Notes: generated from the sequence alone by a model not told the origin. A stretch of 64,000 nucleotides of DNA from Octopus sinensis (GCF_006345805.1 NC_042998.1:111724001-111788000); one strand, 5' to 3'; shown: positions 39,477-53,631, numbered from the stretch's first letter. A program made the numbers and translations.

Positions 39477-40003
39477 CAGGGGTCGGTAAACATTTTAGTG
39501 CGGCAGGCAAACATTTACAAAGAAATAAGGTCTGCCGGCGGATCACAAATTCTAACTCTCGTATGTGTAGATCTTGTATATATCTATGTGTAATTCGATA
39601 TACATTAATAAAGTACACATTAAATTAATGCGTAGCATTTTCATTAACGCCGCCACTGAATTTAGGACGTTTATATTACTTATGAAGTAGTCTATATTTT
39701 TCCGCTAGAGTGTAGTTGGGTCTCAAGGGGGTGGTACAATCCTAGCAATATGTGTTTTATAACGAAAAGAAAATTTCCAATCAAATGGCAATTACCGGAC
39801 TAGTTTCTGTTCGAGTCTAACCGTTTTAAGTCGAAGTGGAAATGCGACCTTTCTCGCAATCAGGCATACGAATATTGTATAAATTTTAGATTTGAAAAAA
39901 TTTTACCATATTTTATACATACGAGTATATCAGCGTGTGGGCGAACTAAAAAGGGCTTGCTTGCGCAATTGCGCCCTCGAGCAGGGGTTTCCCCCCACCC
40001 CTG
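39477..40003. mobile_element. Non-autonomous hAT-type element
   Basis: Ends caggggt... / ...acccctg with 8-bp TSD gtgtagga / gtctagga; CpG-rich interior. Confidence 0.75.
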
Positions 40004-40649
40004 GTCTAGGAAAACTCTTTTGTTTTTGTTTTACATAGCCCGGGGAAATACCCATGAACTTTTCCTAGATCTCTGTAAGGAAGAGAAGTTATCCTCACTC
40101 TGGGGAGCTAACCCAAATGCTTGCAATAGCGTGGACTCTGCTAAAGGTATCCAAAGCTCATGTAGTGAAGGGTATTAAATCAGAGGATAAAATCTTATTG
40201 TTCACACACAGACACACATGCACACGGACACCACAAAAACACATCTCACAATGTCTAAAAAAAAAAAAAGGTTTATGGCTAAAATAAAATGCATAATAAT
40301 GAAGTGGTGTTTAAATAGAACTATCAAATCATTTACCAAGATAACAAAAAATATCTTTTAGAATAATTTGTTTTTTGAAAAAGGTAAATAAGTGAAAAAA
40401 AATAATAGAGGCATACATTAACATAGATAAAATTTATTTCAAACAATGAAGGTAATGTTAATATTTTACATTCTTTATATGAGAAGTAATTTGGAATTAA
40501 ATTATTCACTTGATGACATACTTTTTCACTTTAAAAATTGATTCACTAATTCTTTTCTAATGCTTATTTATGAGATGAATTGTAAAATAGAAATTACTAA
40601 CAGATGTTGTCATGTTAAACTGATGGTTGTGAATGTGTGTGTGTGTGTA

Positions 40650-40850
40650 TTTTTTTATTAAAGCCACAAAAGCATCACAAAAAAACAGTGACTCCGAGTC
40701 TCACATTCCCATTCGTCAGACATCTGGAATCAAGACAGTCTTTTGTGATGTTTTTGCAGCTTTAATAAAAAAAACCATATGATTCTACCTTTGGTATTCG
40801 AGGACTATTCACCTTGTTTTGCATTTATGTGCTTCCTCGTGTGTATGTGA
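40650..40850. mobile_element. Small PLE pseudo-LTR-like element with ~38-bp inverted arms enclosing a decayed hammerhead (minus strand)
   Basis: Arms 40650-40688 / 40735-40774; minus strand CTGACGAatgggaatgtGAGACtcggagtc with the same stem III as the 5650 motif. Confidence 0.55.
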
Positions 40851-43800
40851 GTGTGTGTATATATGAATGTGTGTGTGTGACTTTTAGAATGGGTGAAACT
40901 ATTAACAATTCTCACTTGCAGTATCTTGAAGTAGAAAACAGCAGAAAACTTTCACATTACATGCAACCTTGTGCTTAAAGAAACTTGAAGAAAAGGAACA
41001 GTTTGTTGATCTGGATTATGGAATGTTCATATGCAAAGATCTTAGTCTTCAGCAATATGACTACTTATAACAAAAAATAAAATATAAATGTCAAAAAACT
41101 AAAAACTCAAATTTAAATAATAATAGCACCATCACTAGCTTCAAGTAAGTTCATTTTGTCTTTTGTTTTTGTGGCTGCAATAGTTTTGACTCTGCTAATG
41201 GCACCTTGAGGTCCCAGTGGTGATGTTAAACTGTGCAACAAATTTAGTTAACCCTCAAAATAAATATTATAATGAAATGATGTTTAACAGAATGTTTTGA
41301 AATAATTGCTTATAAAATTGGTGAATTCTTCATGGAGGACAGCAGATGTGGAGTTTTGACACTCATTCCCTTGTAAATGGTATTGGTGATGTAAGCAAAG
41401 TTCCTAATTTAACATTTTCAGTAAAATTATGAACAGAACTGCTCCATATAGGATACTGTAGCTTAGCTTGTAGTTGACAGGATTAATACCAGATGATTCC
41501 TGAAATAATGATAAAATATGAAGAAACATGAGTTTAATAAGGATAAGTTGAAGCAATTGCTAAAATCCCTACAGATTAATTTAACATCTTGGGAAAGTTA
41601 TTGCCTAAATTGATTTGAGCGGTATAAAATGTGTCATGATGCATCTAAACAATTTGAGTTGAAGGAATAGAACAATAAAAGAATTATATCCTGCAATTAA
41701 CAGATACTTTTGTCCAATCCCAAACAAAACCAAAATCATCATTGTCCTCATTGTGATTTCATAGTAAAATCCATACCTGAACTCAAATTACATTCATGCA
41801 CCTATTGGAAATAGATGCAGCTTCTTTTATTTTTTAATCCTTTCTTTTAAAAAAAATATTCTTTCTATTAAATACTCATAAGACGAAATCGATGAGAGTG
41901 ACCATCATTATTATTAAGGCAGTGAGCTAGTAGAATTGTTAGCACGCCAGGCAAAATGCTTTGCGGCATTTTGTCCTTCTTTACATTCTGAGTTCAAATT
42001 GCCTTTCATCCTTTTGGGGTCAATAAATTAAGTGCCAGTGAAATACTGGGATCAAGGTAATTGACTAGTCCCCTCCCCCAAAATTTCAGGCCACATGTCT
42101 TTAGCAGAAAGGATTATTATTATTATTAAGGTGGTGAGATGGCAGAAACCACGCACAAAAGACTAACTTGAATCGGTAGTGATTCAAATCATTAAACTTT
42201 TGTGAAAAGATTGTACAAAATTTGTGTATATATACTGCAAAGACATGTTCTGCAAGTCAATCTGCAGTTGATTGCAACCAGGGCCAAATTAAGACCCATA
42301 GAGGCACTTGAAAGACTGAAAGTACTTGAAAGATTTTGGTGTCCCAATCATTATCATCATCATCATCATTATCATTTAACATCCATTTTCCACGCTAGCA
42401 CGGGTTGGACGGTTCGACCGGGGTCTGGGAAGCCAAGGGCTGCACTAGGCTCCAGTCTGATCTGGCAGTGTTTCTACAGCTGGATGCCATTCCTAACGCC
42501 AATATTTATGTAATTCAAAATATAAACAATAATAGACCAAAAAGTACATTTTTATTTTTCAAAATGAAAGAAAACTAACAGTGAAGTAGGAAATAATGTT
42601 TATTTTTGTATACTTCAACTTTACTTATATTTGAAAAAGTTTTCTTTGTTATTTTTAATTGCAAAGTCTTTGATCAGATCCTTAAAAATTAATCTTACAT
42701 AACACATCTGCTTCTATACTTAGTAGAGATAAGGCATCCAGCCTGCATAGTTGTTCTGATGGGATTTTTAATATACTTCAACTGAACAAATGAATACTCA
42801 CCTGAGTAATTTGTGACCATTAATGTTAAAAGTATACGAAAGGAAATGTCTACATTTGGAAAAGCACACTCAGTATTGTATTTTACAATTATTTTATAAA
42901 TTATGGGATGTTACTGCCATCACTTTGGTTTCTATCAAAACAAACTTTCATTTTTTAAGGACATTTTACATTCACTATTTTATGAAAGTAAACTGCATGT
43001 TAACCAAAATAAGTAAATAGAGAAGTCGATTTGATATGAGAGAGGTCATGTGTAGAGATGGATGATAGCCACTAAATCCCCCATCTGCAGTATTGCTGGC
43101 CTTCTGCCTAAATTTTAAACAGTTGTTGAAGATAACTATTTTCATTTCTCTTCATCATCATTGGTGATTAGATTAATTTAAGAAGAAGAAGAAGAAAAAG
43201 AAGCTAGCATTGTTGAAAATAAGACTTTGGTTTTAAACAAACAAAATAATATGTTTAACATGTCTGAAATTTAAGAAACAATCGAATTATTTTCATCTGA
43301 AAGTTTCTGGGAGAAATTTATGAACAAAGAGAGTTGTCTGTCTGTTCCGACAACATTATATGTTTTATTACAAGATTTAACGAAGTTATAAACAGCCGAG
43401 AGAAATTTTAAAGATATGTAAACGTTTTTGTCTCAGGATCAATCCCCATCACCGATAGGACTTTTGTTAATGAAATATTGTAGAGATACATTTAAGAGGG
43501 TGGAGATTATTATCTTGATTAGATTTGGAGGGGAAATGCACACAGAGACATCACCAGCACCACGTAAAGTGAGGAATCACTACTAGTCCACCACCATGGG
43601 AAAAATAAAAATCAGAAAATACATACATTGCCAAAAGCAGCACTATACACTTTTTGGCCATTTCCACGAGTTTCCCAACATTTCATAAGCGCTAGCGGTT
43701 CACAAAATTATGAAACATTAATTACGTTATTTGTTGTCAGTGTCATGAAAATAAAAAGGGAAGATAGAAGAAAAAAGAAAACAAAAACAGAAATCAGCTC

Positions 43801-44249
43801 ACAAAGTTACAATGCTACCATATGTGTTGTTGGCTGAGTGATGCTGAGTGAACCTCTGAAACCGCTGCACTCACTTCTTAGTGGATAACTGAACGGGTTA
43901 GCAGACAAGAAGGATCAAGTGAGCCTCCAGGGCCGTTAGGCAGTTCCTAGATTCTGATTTTGTTGTATTCTCAAGATTAATGTATATAATTGACCTCTGT
44001 TACTACTATTTTATTTCATTTCTTGTGTCAAGAGAAAGCGCTTTTAAAAGGGGAAATATTTATGAATTGCAGGGCAATATAATCAATAATTATGATATAT
44101 AGTATTATTTGAAGTTACAATATATACACACACACGTACGCACATACGCGCGTACACACACTCGTCTAAATGAACTAAAATGCTCGTTTTGGACGCTGCC
44201 TTTGAAAATAGGTTTCGGTAACGGCAAGACGAACACTTAGGCAATTTTA

Positions 44250-44342
<93 letters not shown>

Positions 44343-44380
44343 AAAAAGGAGATGTGGAACACGAGCTGTGATATATAAAA

Positions 44381-46765
44381 AAAGGAAATGAAGAAAATGC
44401 TGACAAAATAATTTAAGTAAAGGAGAGTGTATTTAATTAGGTGAAAGTTCTTTACCGGTTGCGCATTTGTTATGCTTATCAAAAGATATTTTTTAAGAGA
44501 GATAGAGTTCCTTTCTGATAGATTTTTTTCTCTTATCTGACTTTATGTTGGGTTTGCTGTCTCTTATATGTGAAAAAAGAGGCTCCAGAGTTGTTTAAGA
44601 TTTGCTTGGTTTCGCGCCTAAAGTTTCTTGTGGACAATGGTCAATACAATTTTGATTGGTCATTATAAAGGGGTCACGTAAATGTTTGAATGGAAGTTGG
44701 TGTTGGGGTAAGAAAATAGGCTCCAGAGATGTTAAAATTTGGCTAGTGTCGCGCCTAAAATTTCTTATTGGTCATAATAAAGAGGTCACGTGGATGTGGT
44801 CATAATAGAGAGGTCACGTGAATGTTTAGAATGAATGTTTGTGTGGGTGGTGTATGGAGTTTTCGAAAATAGCGTTGTTGAAAATTCTTATTGTTCAGGC
44901 TGGTCAGTAGACGTCATGTGGATATTTTAAATAGCTTTTTAGGGCGTAGTTAAGGAGTGTATTTTCCGCTTGACTGAATTTGAGCTGGATAAGTAAGTTC
45001 GTTTAGGACAGGAAGAGCTATATGTATGTATGTGTGTGTGCGCGCGCGCGCGCGCGTGTGTGTGTTTATATGTATGTTGGGGCGCGCGCGCGTGTATATA
45101 TGTGTGCGTGTGTGGGTACAATTTTCAATATTTATAGTTCTGCTGGCCTTGTGCCTGTATCGGGAAGCAACGTGTTTGTGTGAAGTCAATATTTACAGTC
45201 ATTTCCAAAAAATAGTGTTGGATGTTTGCACCCGTATCAAATTATGTGTATGTGTGGAACCATATATTTGCGTGTGTCATGGTGTTAATATCTGGGTAAA
45301 AGTGTGTGTAGGGTGTGTGCAGGTGTAAGTGTGTTTGTTGTGGGTTCGTGTTAGGGGGATGTGTTTAGAAGTGGTCTGTATTTATTAATAAGGTGGGATT
45401 CCATGGTTATTCGCTGGGTATGAGTGGCATTGTCTTTAAATTTGTAGAGGGGAAAGATTCTAAAATTGGGATGAAGTTGTGCTGCACAGGTATCAATATG
45501 TGCACTAAGTGCTATTTTTCTGTATTCCTGTATTTTTATTTGGGATCTGTGGACAGTCATGCGTTGGCGGAGGCTATTTTTACGCATGACTGTCCACAGA
45601 TCCCAAATAAAAATACAGGAATACAGAAAAATAGCACTTAGTGCACATATTGATACCTGTGCCGCACAACTTCATCCCAATTTTAGAATCTTTCCCCTCT
45701 ACAAATTTAAAGACAATGCCACTCATACCCAGCGAATAACCATGGAATCCCACCTTATTAATAAATACAGACCACTTCTAAACACATCCCCCTAACACGA
45801 ACCCACAACAAACACACTTACACCTGCACACACCCTACACACACTTTTACCCAGATATTAACACCATGACACACGCAAATATATGGTTCCACACATACAC
45901 ATAATTTGATACGGGTGCAAACATCCAACACTATTTTTTGGAAATGACTGTAAATATTGACTTCACACAAACACGTTGCTTCCCGATACAGGCACAAGGC
46001 CAGCAGAACTATAAATATTGAAAATTGTACCCACACACGCACACATATATACACGCGCGCGCGCCCCAACATACATATAAACACACACACGCGCGCGCGC
46101 GCGCGCACACACACATACATACATATAGCTCTTCCTGTCCTAAACGAACTTACTTATCCAGCTCAAATTCAGTCAAGCGGAAAATACACTCCTTAACTAC
46201 GCCCTAAAAAGCTATTTAAAATATCCACATGACGTCTACTGACCAGCCTGAACAATAAGAATTTTCAACAACGCTATTTTCGAAAACTCCATACACCACC
46301 CACACAAACATTCATTCTAAACATTCACGTGACCTCTCTATTATGACCACATCCACGTGACCTCTTTATTATGACCAATAAGAAATTTTAGGCGCGACAC
46401 TAGCCAAATTTTAACATCTCTGGAGCCTATTTTCTTACCCCAACACCAACTTCCATTCAAACATTTACGTGACCCCTTTATAATGACCAATCAAAATTGT
46501 ATTGACCATTGTCCACAAGAAACTTTAGGCGCTAAACCAAGCAAATCTTAAACAACTCTGGAGCCTCTTTTTTCACATATAAGAGACAGCAAACCCAACA
46601 TAAAGTCAGATAAGAGAAAAAAATCTATCAGAAAGGAACTCTATCTCTCTTAAAAAATATCTTTTGATAAGCATAACAAATGCGCAACCGGTAAAGAACT
46701 TTCACCTAATTAAATACACTCTCCTTTACTTAAATTATTTTGTCAGCATTTTCTTCTTTTCCTTT
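44381..46765. repeat. Near-perfect ~1184-bp inverted repeat (arms 44381-45564 and 45582-46765, 17-nt spacer) made of a PLE 3' end
   Basis: Mirror-image ORFs in the track; the centre encodes GIY-YIG C-terminus (KNSLRQ)RMTVHRSQIK.QEYRKIALSAHIDTCA...FRIFPLYK...RITMESHLINKYRPLLN; decayed HHR near the outer ends; only about 3 mismatches noticed. Confidence 0.95.
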
Positions 46766-46770
46766 ATATA

Positions 46771-46850
<80 letters not shown>

Positions 46851-46869
46851 TATATATATACATACATAT

Positions 46870-47023
46870 AATTAAATACAAAATGGGACAAGATTGCAAA
46901 ACATCCGGACAACTAAGTGATACAAAAGGGGACAACGAAACATCAAGATAGACGATACAAAAAAAAAATACGGACGGGTCATTCGAAGCCTTTTATCTTC
47001 AGTCGAGAACCGGATCATCCTCG

Positions 47024-47060
<37 letters not shown>

Positions 47061-47068
47061 TGTATATG

Positions 47069-47102
<34 letters not shown>

Positions 47103-48385
47103 ATGCAAAAATGGGACAAAAACGCAAACCATCCAGACAGTTAGGCGATGCAAAAAAGGGACAACAAAACATCCGGACAGACGATACAAAGAAAACAAGG
47201 ACGGGTCATTCGGAGTTTTCCAGGTTATTTATCCTTGCAATTTCGGCTGATTATACCTCGAGATTGCTCCAATCTGGCCAGCCCCAAGAAAAACTAAGCT
47301 AAGAGCACTAGATTCCTTGGAAGAAAGCAGCGAATATATACGAAAAAACGGAGAAATGGTACACAAATGCAAATAACAGGGCATAACAACAGGTGTCTCT
47401 CGACTAAGGACGAATTAAATTAAGCTGGCGTGTGTGGAAGTGAAGCCTTACAGCAGGGACATAAGATTTGACAGGCATGGATGGTAGTCGAACCAAGAAA
47501 GGAAGGTCAGGCTTGGCCGAACACCGGTCACATGGGGAGAGAAGAGAGAGAGGTAGAGGCAGAGGGATAGAAGAATTGAGGGGGCGAGAAAAAATGAAAG
47601 GGACAGAGTGAAGTGAAAGAGGAGGGAAGGTGAGCATGAAGAAAAGGCCAGGAAATGTGAGAGAGGGAGAACGAAGAGTGGAATGAACGACGTAAGTGCG
47701 AAGGGGCTGATAGAAAGAAAGAAAGAATGAGAGAATAGAAAGAATAATAGAGTCGTACAAAATATAGATGTATATATACTTACATATAAGAGACCAAAGT
47801 GTACGTACGTCGCTATATTTTTATATATAAAAAATACAAAAATGGGACAAAAACGCAAGACATCTAAACAGTTAGGTGATACAAAAAGGGACAACAAAAC
47901 GGAGAAATGGTACACAAATACAATTCCTGGCCTTCACTTCATGCTCACCTTCCCTCCTCTTTCACTTCACTCTGTCCCTTTCATTTTTTCTCGGTCCTCC
48001 TTAATTCTTCTATCCCTCTGCCTCTACCTCTCTCTCTTCTCTCCCTACGTGACCGGTGTTCGGGCCAAGTCTGACCTTCCTTTCTTGGATCGACTATCAT
48101 CCGTGCAACATCTATATTCCTCTCTGTGCTTGTCAAATCTTATATCCCTGCTGTAAGGTTTTACTTCCACACACGCCAGCTTAATTTAATTCGTCCTTAG
48201 TCGAAAGATACCCGTTGTTAATGTCCTGTTATTTGCATTTGCGTACCATTTTCTCCGTTTCTTTCCGTCCTTGTTTTCGTATACATTCGCGCTGCTTTCT
48301 TCCAAGGAATTTAGTACTCTTAGCTTAGTTTTTCCTAGGGGCTGGCCAGCTCGAGTATAACCAGCCGAAATTGCAAAGATAATCA
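46870..48385. mobile_element. Cluster of a second repeat family including a diverged inverted pair (47230-47660 / 47922-48385)
   Basis: aaaatgggacaa... unit at about 46880, 47107 and 47838; the long segment recurs in reverse complement; HHR-like ctgaaga..cgaatgacccgtc on minus at about 46970-47002. Confidence 0.75.
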
Positions 48386-49913
48386 TTATTACCTCCGCCC
48401 TAATATCTTTTCTCTTTCATGACAGTTAAATTTCATCAGAATTTAAACAAATCACAAAACTGTCTTTGAAAAGTTTGGCATTGACCTCAGAAGCTACAGA
48501 GGTTTCAGAAATTTCGTCTTATCCAAGACCGAGTTTGGAGTAAATTCTCCTACTGCCTATTAAGATTTTTTTTTGTTACTAAGGTCTTCCCACAGTCTTT
48601 GAAATGCTAGGATTTCGAATATGCAGTGTGTATATAACAAATATATGAATATAGATCTAAATGCTCAAATCATTAAAAATTCATTTGTCATTTAATTAGC
48701 CTCTTTATCACCAAGGTTCCGGACGCTGCCATAACGCCTTTAAAAAAATGTACGAGACAATGGATGAAGTGGTAATAGACACTCGATGCATGAATAGAAA
48801 ATAGGATGGTCATAACATTCGGTCATAGATCCGCTTAGTAAGAGACCACAAGAGGCTTTACAGCTGCAAAAACAAAGATTAACAACAACAAGCTACCTTA
48901 AAAATAACTCAACGAGTCAACGATAGACCCTATATGTACTACATGTCAGAACAACAACCTCCTATCATACTCAACCATTAAAAAAGGTGGTAAAATATCT
49001 GAAAGTAAGATAAGCAGAACGGTCACAGCTGTCATGGTTTTGATCAAGAGTGACGTGGAGCTAAACAGCAATCTAACTGTAGCTTTTGAAGCAGACAATA
49101 CAACGAATACTTTATTTTAATTAGTTAATTAGAAGGGAAGAAGGGATATTATTCATGACCTTTGTAGTAACCCTTGACGGTCGGACGTGGTTGATGTACA
49201 TTTGTAACATTTGTAGGTCGACATCTGTTATGAAGGAATTCCTGAGAACTACAGTTATGGATTATCTATGTAATTATTCCTTTACTATTTGTATAGTGTA
49301 TTTAGGACAACATTAATGTATGTCATTTCATTTTTTTTTTGTAAAGGATTGTCGAGTGCAACTGGATATAGTATTTAATGCGAAATTTCGAGTTTATTGT
49401 TATTTAGCTCCAAATCAGCTGTAGCCAAGCAGATTTACGATCAGAAGCATTCCAAGTATGACCATCCTCTCTCTTCCTATGTATAGGGAACCCAGTACCA
49501 CATCAACCAAGTTTTTTTTTTACGACAAACAGGGCTGCTAAGAGAAATTTACCAGAGGAACAAGATTATTTTTAAACCACTTCCACATCAAAGTCTCCCT
49601 TCAAAATTCAAGAGGATTGTGAGCTTTTTTTCTGGTTATGTTTTTTAGGGAGTGACTTGTCGAAAGATCGCACCTTCCTCACCTCCAATGTACCAGCTGA
49701 ATCATACCCCTCTTACAGACTCTGACTATAAATTTCAGAGAAATTTAGCTGGTATTTCTAGCAGGTTAAATGATCACATAACGCTTCCCTCGTTGACTGG
49801 AATCTAGGAGTGATGAGAGGATAATAATGGATAATATGGGTAATAATGGCAACCAAATATGCACTCTAGGGTTGTAAGGAATAATTTTCGAACTAGCGAT
49901 GGATCCTCCAAAT

Positions 49914-50146
49914 CAGTGGTTCTCAACTGGGGTCTACCTGACCTTTCGGGGTCCATATAAGGTTTAGTTCTTAGAAATTATGTGTAGTAAATCGATTATA
50001 CTTCTACAATACAGAACATATTTTAAATACTTTTTTATACAATTCCTAATAATATTTAATCATAAAAAATATAGGATTTAAGAAAAAAAATGACTAGTTA
50101 TGAGGGTCTAGCTGAGTAAAATACAAAAGATGATTGCGAACCACTG
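49914..50146. mobile_element. hAT (Charlie-like) MITE
   Basis: TIR cagtggttctcaa / ttgcgaaccactg; TSD-like ctccaaat / ctctaaaa. Confidence 0.7.
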
Positions 50147-50690
50147 CTCTAAAAAGTCTTTTGACTTGCTAGAAATAGCGGCCAAACATCTCTAAAATCA
50201 ACCCCTACCGTCTTAAAGGCCGTACACGTTGAATTAAACGGTTCTGGGTTCCCTGCGTATAGGAAAAGGCAAGATGGTCACGACTAGAACGACTTTGATC
50301 ATAAGTCTGCTCGATCAGGACTTATATATGGTTAGACAACAGCAACAACAAAAACAACGAATAGCTTTTCCAACAATAAGATTCCTTACGAATAGTTTAT
50401 ATATTACAGAATATAATAAATAATATTTTCATATGTTGTGAAGAGTGGGGAATCTACCGTTTCACCCTTTTGTTCTTCGTTTGACAGTGAAGAAGAACAA
50501 GATCTTGAGCGTTAGATTCTTTTACACTCCTCAAAACAATGGCACTCTGCCATGAATTCAACGAATCCACCTGTTGACTCATTGTCGTCGAGGGAAACCT
50601 TCGCTAGTTTCCTCAGACTGAATTTTATCCTATAATTACAACACACAATCTCATATTTAATATGGCGGTCTTTTGGCAGAGTCGCTAGAG

Positions 50691-51039
50691 CGGGTGTTCT
50701 CAACCATTTTTTAAATCTTTAGACCACTTTGGTTACTATTTTATTCTAGTGGACCCCCATAGCCATTCGATGTTTAAGAACTAGTTTTATAGAAACTTCT
50801 TTCAAAATTCCCTTTTTGCTTTTTAAACACATTAACTTGCATAAGTTAATGTAAACTAGGTAAAGTGTTAGAGAAAGAAACCAAACTGTTTTTGGCAATA
50901 CATACCAATCTGAAGCAAAATTATTTCAGGGTCCCTTAAAATACTATTGTGGATCCCCAATTTACTATTTTGTTGCGTGGACCTCCAAAAATTTTATATG
51001 GATCATCAGGGCCATATGAACCTCGGTTGAGAACCGCTG
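50691..51039. mobile_element. hAT (Charlie-like) MITE
   Basis: TIR cgggtgttctcaacc / ggttgagaaccgctg; ggacccc motifs inside. Confidence 0.65.
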
Positions 51040-51429
51040 CCCGACAGCATGGGATAGAATGCAATGCGCTGTTTGTTTCAGTTCAATTTCTCTGAGTTTA
51101 AATATCGCCGAGGCCGACAGATAAAGAAGTTCTCTCTCCCTCCAGCTGTTACATCCTGGGTCAAGAATGGGAAGAATGAGAGGGTGTTTGTATTTGCTTG
51201 CAACTAGATGGACACCTACGACAGTTAACGAAAGCATGGTACATGCCACCAAGCCATCTTCGAAAGCGAATGATGACCGTCGTAATACTAGCACTTTATA
51301 AATAACAATTTTATTCCTTTCATTTTATTGTTCTACTATTCTCATATTCTTCCATTCCATTACTTTTGGAAAAACACCATAAACTACGTAAGACTGACAT
51401 AAATTTGGTTACACTTCTTCAAACAACCG

Positions 51430-52130
51430 CAAGCGCAACCAAGCTGCACCAGGCATCTGTATCATCCATTAATTTTACTAGGTCCTTAGTTCCATGCTTT
51501 GAATCTCAGCAAATAGCATCAATATAGCAGCGGCCTCCGTCCTCTATCGTTCCAAAATATATCCGATATGGCCTGTTTTTCAGTATGGTAACAACTACGC
51601 CCCATCTTGCACTAATCAACAGAGATGAGTGGAATATGTCCATAAATCTTATCTTTGGTCTTGTATTCATACCATAAAATGGTTTGAGTCCTCACGAGAA
51701 GTTTAGTGTATGCATCATCAAGGCGATATTGATGTTCATTCTTCGTAGTCCAGATTTCGGTTTCATGGAGAAGAATGCTCTCTACACAAGGCCTTAAGAA
51801 GATTAGCCTTGTTGACTTTAAAATACTTGATTAACAGTTACTGTGAAACTTGTAACAGGTACACAAGTCCCTTGCGTGTCAGGAGGTCTTTCTTTCTATC
51901 AGCAACATAGGGTCCAAAGTACGTGAAGTTATTAGTCTCCTTGAGTTGTGTTCCAACATTGTGGTAAATTGGCAAATGACTTTCAACCTTATTGATGTAT
52001 ATGAACTCAGTTTTTGCATAGAGAAACAAACAGACTTTGGCTACATTTTCGAAGGATGTTAAGAAGTCTTGCATAATAAGCAGGTGATAAGTTGTGGGAG
52101 CAAGATCATTAGTATTGTCAAGAGATAGAA
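51430..52130 (-). mobile_element. Decayed RTE-type LINE RT C-terminal fragment
   Basis: Minus strand LKETNNFTYFGPYV, VESILLHETEIWT and RLDDAYTKLL, typical of the LINE RT C-terminus. Confidence 0.6.
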
Positions 52131-53555
52131 ATTCGCTCGTCATCTTGACTGTTGACTCGTCGTCTTGGATGTTGTCCAGATTTTGCTGAAGAATTCTTAC
52201 AGTTGATGTAATTTTTTTAGTTGGAGCATCTGTGCTTTGCATTAAGTTTGATGTTAACTCAGAACATTACAATTTTTTACCTTTTTTCTGTTGCTTTTGT
52301 TGTTTAGCACTCCAGTCCAGTTCTGATTGAGTCATTCGATGAAAGGAATTCATGTCACTTTTCTGTCAGGTATTGTACCCCGGGAATTACATTAACAAAT
52401 ATGTATCTCCCTTTTCAAGAAAGTAGGATGGAATTCGAACTCTACTAGACTGCTATTTCTAGACGACCAAGATATTTTCTCTTATGTTTGTTTATTTTTA
52501 GCTGTTGTTGTTGAAAGTTGCATTTTCTCTAACCTTCAAGTTGTATATAATCGAATATTGCTCTGTTCTGTACACGACAAATTATGTAGACGTTACAGTT
52601 CTAATTTTTCAGCATTTTACTATGGTTTAGTCTTTCTAAGATTAGATTAATCATATAGGTGGGTTGTAAGATACTAACCTGACAGAAACTTTGACAATTT
52701 TCTTTTTAATGAATTAACCAAAGAGGAATGATAATACCAATGACCTTTTTTCCGGGCCTCTGTGACTGTCGAGGGTGGAAGTTATCAGATTTGTTGTTTT
52801 CTCGAATGCTTATGTTTGAATCTTCATAGAATGACTCAGGTTAACAGCAGCAAAAATGATCTTCGATTATGCAGTCTGACTATATGTCAACAAACATAAA
52901 TACTCTTCATCTAGTAGTCTCCCTACATTTATAAACACAGCGAACAATGGAGCTTCTCGGCGGTTGTTCAATCTGTTGGAGATGGTAGTTAAAATCTCCT
53001 TCAAATCACACCTTACTATCATAAAAATCCCCTAAAATGTTTGGAATATTTCTGATCGTAGGTCTATTCCGCTAAATAATAACTTGCCATAATAGAATAT
53101 TTGTTCCATACAATATAATGGTCACAGGTGCTCATTTTACTCATCCTTTCCAGTGTGGTAACCTCAGACACTCATATTTCCTTTGGCCAATGCTCATTAC
53201 TGAATAGCCAGACAAATCACAGCGTTTAAGCGACGAACATCAAAAGCAATAAGTTTCTCAACCTTCGAAGTATTTTACCTTTTCCTCAGGCTACATTAAT
53301 CGGAGATTAAAGTCTTTCCCACTTACTGCTAATGACATGTGATTTATAATTAAAAAAAATAAACACAACCATATTTTCATTTTACATAATTAGTATTTAT
53401 TTATTAGAATATGAGTAAATAATTTATCTGGCGATTTCGTAGGATAGTTAGAGTGCCTTACAGTATTTGTTCTGACTTTCTGCACTCAAATCTATCCAAA
53501 GTCCAATTTGCCTTTCATATTTTCGAGGTCGAAGTACAAATCGGGTACTAGAACC

Positions 53556-53631
<76 letters not shown>

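Noticed and set aside
45351-45795. Two divergent nuclease genes
   Set aside because: Both are the same 5'-truncated PLE GIY-YIG C-terminus duplicated by the palindrome; the N-terminal GIY-YIG motifs are missing.
49150-49225. Possible minus-strand terminal exon (CRPTNVTNVHQPRPTVKGYYKGHE*)
   Set aside because: Phase does not match the last supported DNase exon and there is no recognisable homology.
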